A stretch of 64,000 bases of DNA from Clostridiales bacterium (GTDB lineage Bacteria; Bacillota; Clostridia; Saccharofermentanales; Saccharofermentanaceae), in contig JAFWDK010000022.1 in the NCBI GenBank assembly GCA_017513085.1, forward strand, positions 1 through 64,000, given 5' to 3'. Each line of letters starts with the position of its first letter. Within the stretch, counting starts at the first letter, position 1. The position numbers and the translations under genes were made by a program. Shown here piece by piece: positions 59,498 through 64,000 of this stretch. The notes under the pieces were generated by a model that was not told where the DNA came from, did not search any database, and worked only from the letters and a program-made list of their open reading frames with translations.

Positions 59498-60712
59498 TTA
59501 TACGGCTTCGGACTCGGAAGATTCCTCTTCAGGTTCCGTAGCAGAAGCGGCAACGAGTTTTTCTTTCTCTTTGGCAAGTTCCTCAGCCTTACGGGCTTCT
59601 TCCGCAGCCATCTCCGCAGCAGCCTTAGCTTCTTCTTCTGCCTTACGGGCAGCAGCGAGAGCTTCCTCAGCACGTCTCTTAGCCGCCTCAGCCTTTTCCT
59701 TCGCCTTGGCAGCTGCAAGTTTAGCGGTTTCCTCCGCTTTCTCGGCAGCAATACGGGTATCTTCCTCGTTCTTCTTCTTGTTCGCACTCTCGTAGATCTC
59801 TTCGGCGCGACGGGTCATCATCTTGGCCTCTTCCGCCTTCTTCTCGGTGCTACGGACAAGTTCCTCGGCCATTACAGCTGCGGCCTTTGCTTCTTCTTCA
59901 GCTTTCTCGGCTACCTTGCGGGCATCCTCGCGAGCTCTCTTGGCATTAAACTTCGCATCCTGCTCGGTCTTCTTCAACTGAGCGATACGAACAGCTTCGG
60001 CAGCCTTCTTAGCCGCGGCTTTAGCAGCAGCTTCTGCTTCGCTAGCCTCTTTCTGCGCATCCTTGGCTTCTTCCATCGCAGCATTGTAATCCTGCTCAGC
60101 CTTACTCATCGCTTCGGTGGCTTCCGCTTCTGCCTTTACAGCAGCCTCACGAGCCTCTTGAGCCTTTGCAACGTTCTTCTTCGCTTCTTCAGACTTGGAT
60201 ACGGCATCAACTGCTTCTTTAACCGCTTTCTCTTCGCGAGTCTTCGCCTGTACGAACTCTGCCTGAGCTCTCTCAGCTGCGATCGTAGCCGGAGACTTAT
60301 TCTTGTTGCTGACAAATGCGGATCTTCTGTTGAGCTGATCGGAATTCTCTACCTCGGTATTCTTTGCCGAAGTAGACCATACCGGTTTGGCAACGGGTTC
60401 CGAAGAACGCTCCGCTGTTGTATCTGCAACCGGTTTTGCCGGCTTAAATGCCGGAGTGGTTGCAGGTGCGGGAGTACTGCCCGCGAAAGGAGTAGGCTTA
60501 CGTACATCTGCACGAGCCTTACGAGCTTCTTCCATTGCTTTACGCGTTTCGATCTGTGCTTTCGCAGCAAGAGCACGCTCTTTTGCGGGATTGACCGGTG
60601 TCTTTGAAGCTGCATCCCCCGCAACATTACCGGAATTCGCTCCGGACATCTCGACTGCCGGATTGAATTTCCCATCAGACCTGCCCTTTAAAACATCTAA
60701 AAAACCTGCCAT
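59498..60712 (-). CDS. Ala/Lys/Glu-rich low-complexity coiled-coil protein
   Basis: Long AEEAK/AAKKAA-type repeats, Pro-rich linker; no signal peptide. Confidence 0.7.
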   Translation of the reverse strand: MAGFLDVLKGRSDGKFNPAVEMSGANSGNVAGDAASKTPVNPAKERALAAKAQIETRKAMEEARKARADVRKPTPFAGSTPAPATTPAFKPAKPVADTTAERSSEPVAKPVWSTSAKNTEVENSDQLNRRSAFVSNKNKSPATIAAERAQAEFVQAKTREEKAVKEAVDAVSKSEEAKKNVAKAQEAREAAVKAEAEATEAMSKAEQDYNAAMEEAKDAQKEASEAEAAAKAAAKKAAEAVRIAQLKKTEQDAKFNAKRAREDARKVAEKAEEEAKAAAVMAEELVRSTEKKAEEAKMMTRRAEEIYESANKKKNEEDTRIAAEKAEETAKLAAAKAKEKAEAAKRRAEEALAAARKAEEEAKAAAEMAAEEARKAEELAKEKEKLVAASATEPEEESSESEAV

Positions 60713-60976
60713 GACTATCACCCTGCTATTACCCTAGAATATTAACCATTTACACCCTACATTATACTATGTTACAGAAGTATTTCAAGGTGGAGGGGAG
60801 GGAAGATGTGGACAAATGTAAAAAAATCTCGAAACAAAAGATACAGTGGTATTATTGCCGGTTTCCGATCCAAGAGAACGAAATATATCAAGGAATAAGT
60901 GCGATTTTTGAGAAGGAAACGACCTTTGGATATGTTATCATCAAGGTATTCCGATTATGAGAAGGAGTGAAAAAGC

Positions 60977-61807
60977 ATGATCTTAGGCGGTACAGTGACA
61001 GGGAACTTTTCCGGTCCCGAAGAGTGGGAAGCGCTTCTGCAACGGTCCGGATTTAAAGCCATTACGGCTCCTTTTACATGTGAGGATGACGAAGCGACGA
61101 TCGATACATACATGAGGATCATTGAGAGAAATAAGGTCAAGATCAGTGAGATCGGCGTGTGGCGGAATATTCTGGGCGGAGACGAGAAGAATATGGCATA
61201 TGCTGTCGGACAGCTGAAACTTGCTGACAAACTGGGGATCGAGTGTTGCGTGAATATTGCCGGCACGAAGAGTACCCTTGCCTGGGATGCTGCGGATCCC
61301 GGGAATTATACCGAAGAAAACTATCGCGACATAGTCCGGAGTATCCGCCGGGTGATCGACCAGGCATCCCCGAAGAGTGCTTTTTACACGATCGAACCGA
61401 TGCCGTGGATGATACCGGACGGCCCGGACAGTTATCTCAAGCTTATCGAGGACGTGGACCGGGAGCATTTTGCCGCACATATGGATTTTGTAAACATGAT
61501 CTCGTCGCCACGGAGGTTCCTCTGCGCGGAAGAATTTATACAGGAGTGCTTCTCCAAGCTTTCACCTTTTATCAAAAGCACCCACATCAAAGACAGCAGA
61601 ATGGATCTTTCGGGATATACGACTCATATTGATGAATGCCCGCCAGGCAAGGGAACCCTCAATTATCCGGCGATCCTTCGCATCATTGACCGGTATCTTC
61701 CGGAAGATGGCGCGATCCTTTTGGAGCATATGCATAGTTTTGAAGAATACGATCAGGCATTCTGTTTCGTGAAAGAAGCGGCAAAGCAAGCACAAGTGGA
61801 GGTATAA
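60977..61807 (+). CDS. Sugar phosphate isomerase/epimerase (xylose-isomerase-like TIM barrel)
   Basis: IEPMP, HMDFVN, HIKD, PGKG.LNY, LLEH metal motifs. Confidence 0.85.
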   Translation: MILGGTVTGNFSGPEEWEALLQRSGFKAITAPFTCEDDEATIDTYMRIIERNKVKISEIGVWRNILGGDEKNMAYAVGQLKLADKLGIECCVNIAGTKSTLAWDAADPGNYTEENYRDIVRSIRRVIDQASPKSAFYTIEPMPWMIPDGPDSYLKLIEDVDREHFAAHMDFVNMISSPRRFLCAEEFIQECFSKLSPFIKSTHIKDSRMDLSGYTTHIDECPPGKGTLNYPAILRIIDRYLPEDGAILLEHMHSFEEYDQAFCFVKEAAKQAQVEV

Positions 61808-61811
61808 GAAC

Positions 61812-62672
61812 ATGAATGAGGATTCGATCAAGATCGCAAGAGAATACATGGATCAATTGTTGGTGGAAAGCCGGATCATCGGTGCCACCCGTCCGTCGAC
61901 CAAAGTGGAGTTCTGCGGATTCGAGTTTGATACGCCGATCATGACGGCCGCGCTGAGCCATATAGATCTGGTGGGCATGGCGCAGGGAGCCGCTATGCTG
62001 CATGCTCCGGTCAGCATCGGCATGGGTGACAACGAGGAAATGAAGAAAGTCCTGGCAACAGATGCACACGTCATGAAGATCATAAAGCCTTATAAAGATA
62101 AGGATGAGATCCTGTCCCGTCTGGACTGCGCACGGGAGAACGGCGCTATGGCCGTGGGCATGGATGTCGAGCATTCCGTTAATGTGGAAGATGCCGAGGA
62201 CTCGATCGTGGTGGGCAAGGAGATGAAACTTCCGACGCTGGAAGAACTTCGAGAGTATGTGGAATATGCGAAACTGCCGTTTTTCATCAAGGGCGCGCTG
62301 AGCGTGCATGATGCGCAAAGCGCACTGGATCTGGGATGTAAGGGCATCATACTGAGCCACCATAACGGATTGATGCGGTGTGCGGTGCCGCCTGTTATGC
62401 TTCTTCCGGAGATCCGCGATGCCGTGGGCGATTCATTGATCTTGATCGTGGATGGCGGGATCGAGAGTGGTTTTGATGCGTTCAAAGCACTGGCTCTGGG
62501 CGCAGATCTGGTAACTGTGGGAAAGTGCCTCATGGATCCGCTGAAAAATGAGGGCGCGCAAGGTGTCTTCGGCGTTCTGAAGAAAATGACCGGCGAACTT
62601 TCTGCCATGATGCTCCGCACGGCATCCAAAGATGTCAAGAGCATCGACCCGAGTGTGATCTGGAGAATGTAA
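61812..62672 (+). CDS. FMN-dependent alpha-hydroxy-acid dehydrogenase family protein
   Basis: TPIMTA, PFFIKG, ILSHHNG, VDGGIESGFDAFKALALGAD. Confidence 0.85.
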   Translation: MNEDSIKIAREYMDQLLVESRIIGATRPSTKVEFCGFEFDTPIMTAALSHIDLVGMAQGAAMLHAPVSIGMGDNEEMKKVLATDAHVMKIIKPYKDKDEILSRLDCARENGAMAVGMDVEHSVNVEDAEDSIVVGKEMKLPTLEELREYVEYAKLPFFIKGALSVHDAQSALDLGCKGIILSHHNGLMRCAVPPVMLLPEIRDAVGDSLILIVDGGIESGFDAFKALALGADLVTVGKCLMDPLKNEGAQGVFGVLKKMTGELSAMMLRTASKDVKSIDPSVIWRM

Positions 62673-62755
62673 AACTTCGCATAGACACGAACGAAACTTT
62701 TCACATATAATAAAAGAAGTTTTGTCAGCATGAAAATGCGGAAAGGGTGTGTGAT

Positions 62756-63868
62756 ATGAAGATCGGATGTGTAAAAGAGATCAAGAACAATGAGTTTCGA
62801 GTTGGTTTGACACCGGATAACGTAAAAGCATACGTTTCTGCCGGCCACCACGTTTATGTGGAAAAGGGCGCAGGCGTTGGTTCCGGTTTTACGGACAATG
62901 AGTACGTAGACGCAGGCGCGTCTTTGATCGACAATGCCGCAGATGTTTGGAATCTTGTGGACATGATGATCAAGGTCAAAGAGCCGCTTCCGGAAGAATA
63001 TCCGTTGTTCCGTGAGGGTTTGATCCTTTATACATATCTGCATCTTGCTGCGGATAAGGAGCAGGCGGAGGCTCTTCTGGCCGGAAAGGTCAAGGCGGTT
63101 GCCTACGAGACGATCCAGGAAAAAGACCGTTCTCTTCCGTGTCTGGCGCCGATGTCCCAGATTGCCGGACGTCTCTCCATTCAGGAAGGCGCGAAATATC
63201 TTGAGAAGAAATTCGGCGGCGAAGGTATCCTTCTTGCCGGTGTTCCGGGAACCCCGAAGGCGAACGTGGTTATCCTCGGAGGCGGTACAGTAGGTATGAA
63301 TGCCTGCAAGATCGCTGTGGGTATGGGTGCTAACGTTACGATCCTTGATGTCAACCTGAAGCGTCTGGAAGAACTGGACAACATGTTCGGTGCTCATATC
63401 CAGACTCTCGTAAGTAACGATTCCAATGTGGAACGCGTCGTGAAGGACGCTGATCTGGTCATCGGTTCCGTACTGATCCCGGGTGGTTCCACACCGAAGC
63501 TCTTTAAGAAGAAATATCTGCCGGAAATGAAAGATGGCGCTGTATTTGTAGACGTAGCGATCGACCAGGGCGGTTGCGGTGAATCTTCTCACGTCACGAC
63601 ACATGATGATCCGGTCTTTATCGAAGATGGTGTCGTACACTACTGCGTAGGCAATATGCCCGGTGCCGTTCCGAGAACGAGCACGATCGCGCTGACCAAT
63701 GCTACATTGCGTTATGGCATGCAGATCGCGTCTTTGGGACTTGAAGAAGCATGTAAGCAGAGCGAAGTAATTGCTTCCGGCGTAAACTGCTACGATGGAA
63801 AGGTCACCAATAAGAATGTTGCGAAGGCACTCGGCATGGAGTGCGCGGATCTGGCACAGTTGATCTAA
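62756..63868 (+). CDS. ald: Alanine dehydrogenase
   Basis: KEIKNNEFRV, KVKEP, TYLHLAA, GGGTVG, DVAIDQGG, NMPGAVPRTST. Confidence 0.95.
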   Translation: MKIGCVKEIKNNEFRVGLTPDNVKAYVSAGHHVYVEKGAGVGSGFTDNEYVDAGASLIDNAADVWNLVDMMIKVKEPLPEEYPLFREGLILYTYLHLAADKEQAEALLAGKVKAVAYETIQEKDRSLPCLAPMSQIAGRLSIQEGAKYLEKKFGGEGILLAGVPGTPKANVVILGGGTVGMNACKIAVGMGANVTILDVNLKRLEELDNMFGAHIQTLVSNDSNVERVVKDADLVIGSVLIPGGSTPKLFKKKYLPEMKDGAVFVDVAIDQGGCGESSHVTTHDDPVFIEDGVVHYCVGNMPGAVPRTSTIALTNATLRYGMQIASLGLEEACKQSEVIASGVNCYDGKVTNKNVAKALGMECADLAQLI

Positions 63869-63944
63869 GCGATCCGGTTTCCTTTCGTTTTTGATTTGAA
63901 ATACAATAGCCCGTCATATCAGCTGAAAGGCTTGGTATGCCGGG

Positions 63945-64000
63945 CTATTTAACAATGTTCCGGATCCAGATCCCGCTTCTTACCAGAATAAAGCCGATGA
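63945..64000 (-). CDS. 3' end of a gene continuing beyond the window (MATE-like C-terminus)
   Basis: Reads ...IGFILVRSGIWIRNIVK*; stop overlaps the hairpin at ~63906-63949 shared with ald. Confidence 0.5.
   Translation of the reverse strand, partial: IGFILVRSGIWIRNIVK

Noticed and set aside
59495-60607. 370-aa plus-strand ORF
   Set aside because: Antisense shadow of the low-complexity AKE-rich gene; Leu/Ser/Phe-rich with no motifs.
62090-63640. 516-aa minus-strand ORF
   Set aside because: Antisense to ald and the FMN dehydrogenase, which have clear motifs; explained by codon bias.

Overview
64-kb window from an anaerobic Firmicute (Clostridia-like: lipoprotein-rich, class III RNR, GH10 xylanase; taxonomy is inference). 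It has two parts. (1) About 1-20,340 is a visibly AT-richer accessory region. It holds two divergent tandem paralogous cassettes (small Sec-secreted protein + PVW/IxAxTG-tail lipoprotein + ~740-aa solute-binding-like lipoprotein, gene order shuffled), each preceded by the same 20-bp-spaced ACCAAACTTGCC direct repeat and extended -10 promoter. A defence-island-like block follows (Rad50/RloC-like ATPase with HEPN-like tail, RloA/RloB-like pair, DUF2971-like protein, two ATPase-PD-(D/E)XK-type genes), along with gene relics and an attP-like junction at ~15.6-15.8 kb whose core resembles a guaA 3' end. (2) About 20,500-64,000 is GC-richer, core-like chromosome: TetR/ABC exporter, orphan HerA-like ATPase, GH10-esterase fusion, PBP4B-like hydrolase, nrdG-nrdD(+glutaredoxin-like tail)-trxB with NrdR boxes, two diguanylate cyclases, rmuC, tRNA-Ser(GCT) followed by arm-type repeats and a RelE/Phd toxin-antitoxin pair, OPT + PqqD-like protein, MATE, MacB-like ABC, MarR-Gpx and ald. 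No CRISPR array, rRNA, reverse transcriptase or intact integrase/transposase was seen. All family calls come from motif recognition by eye; no searches were run.
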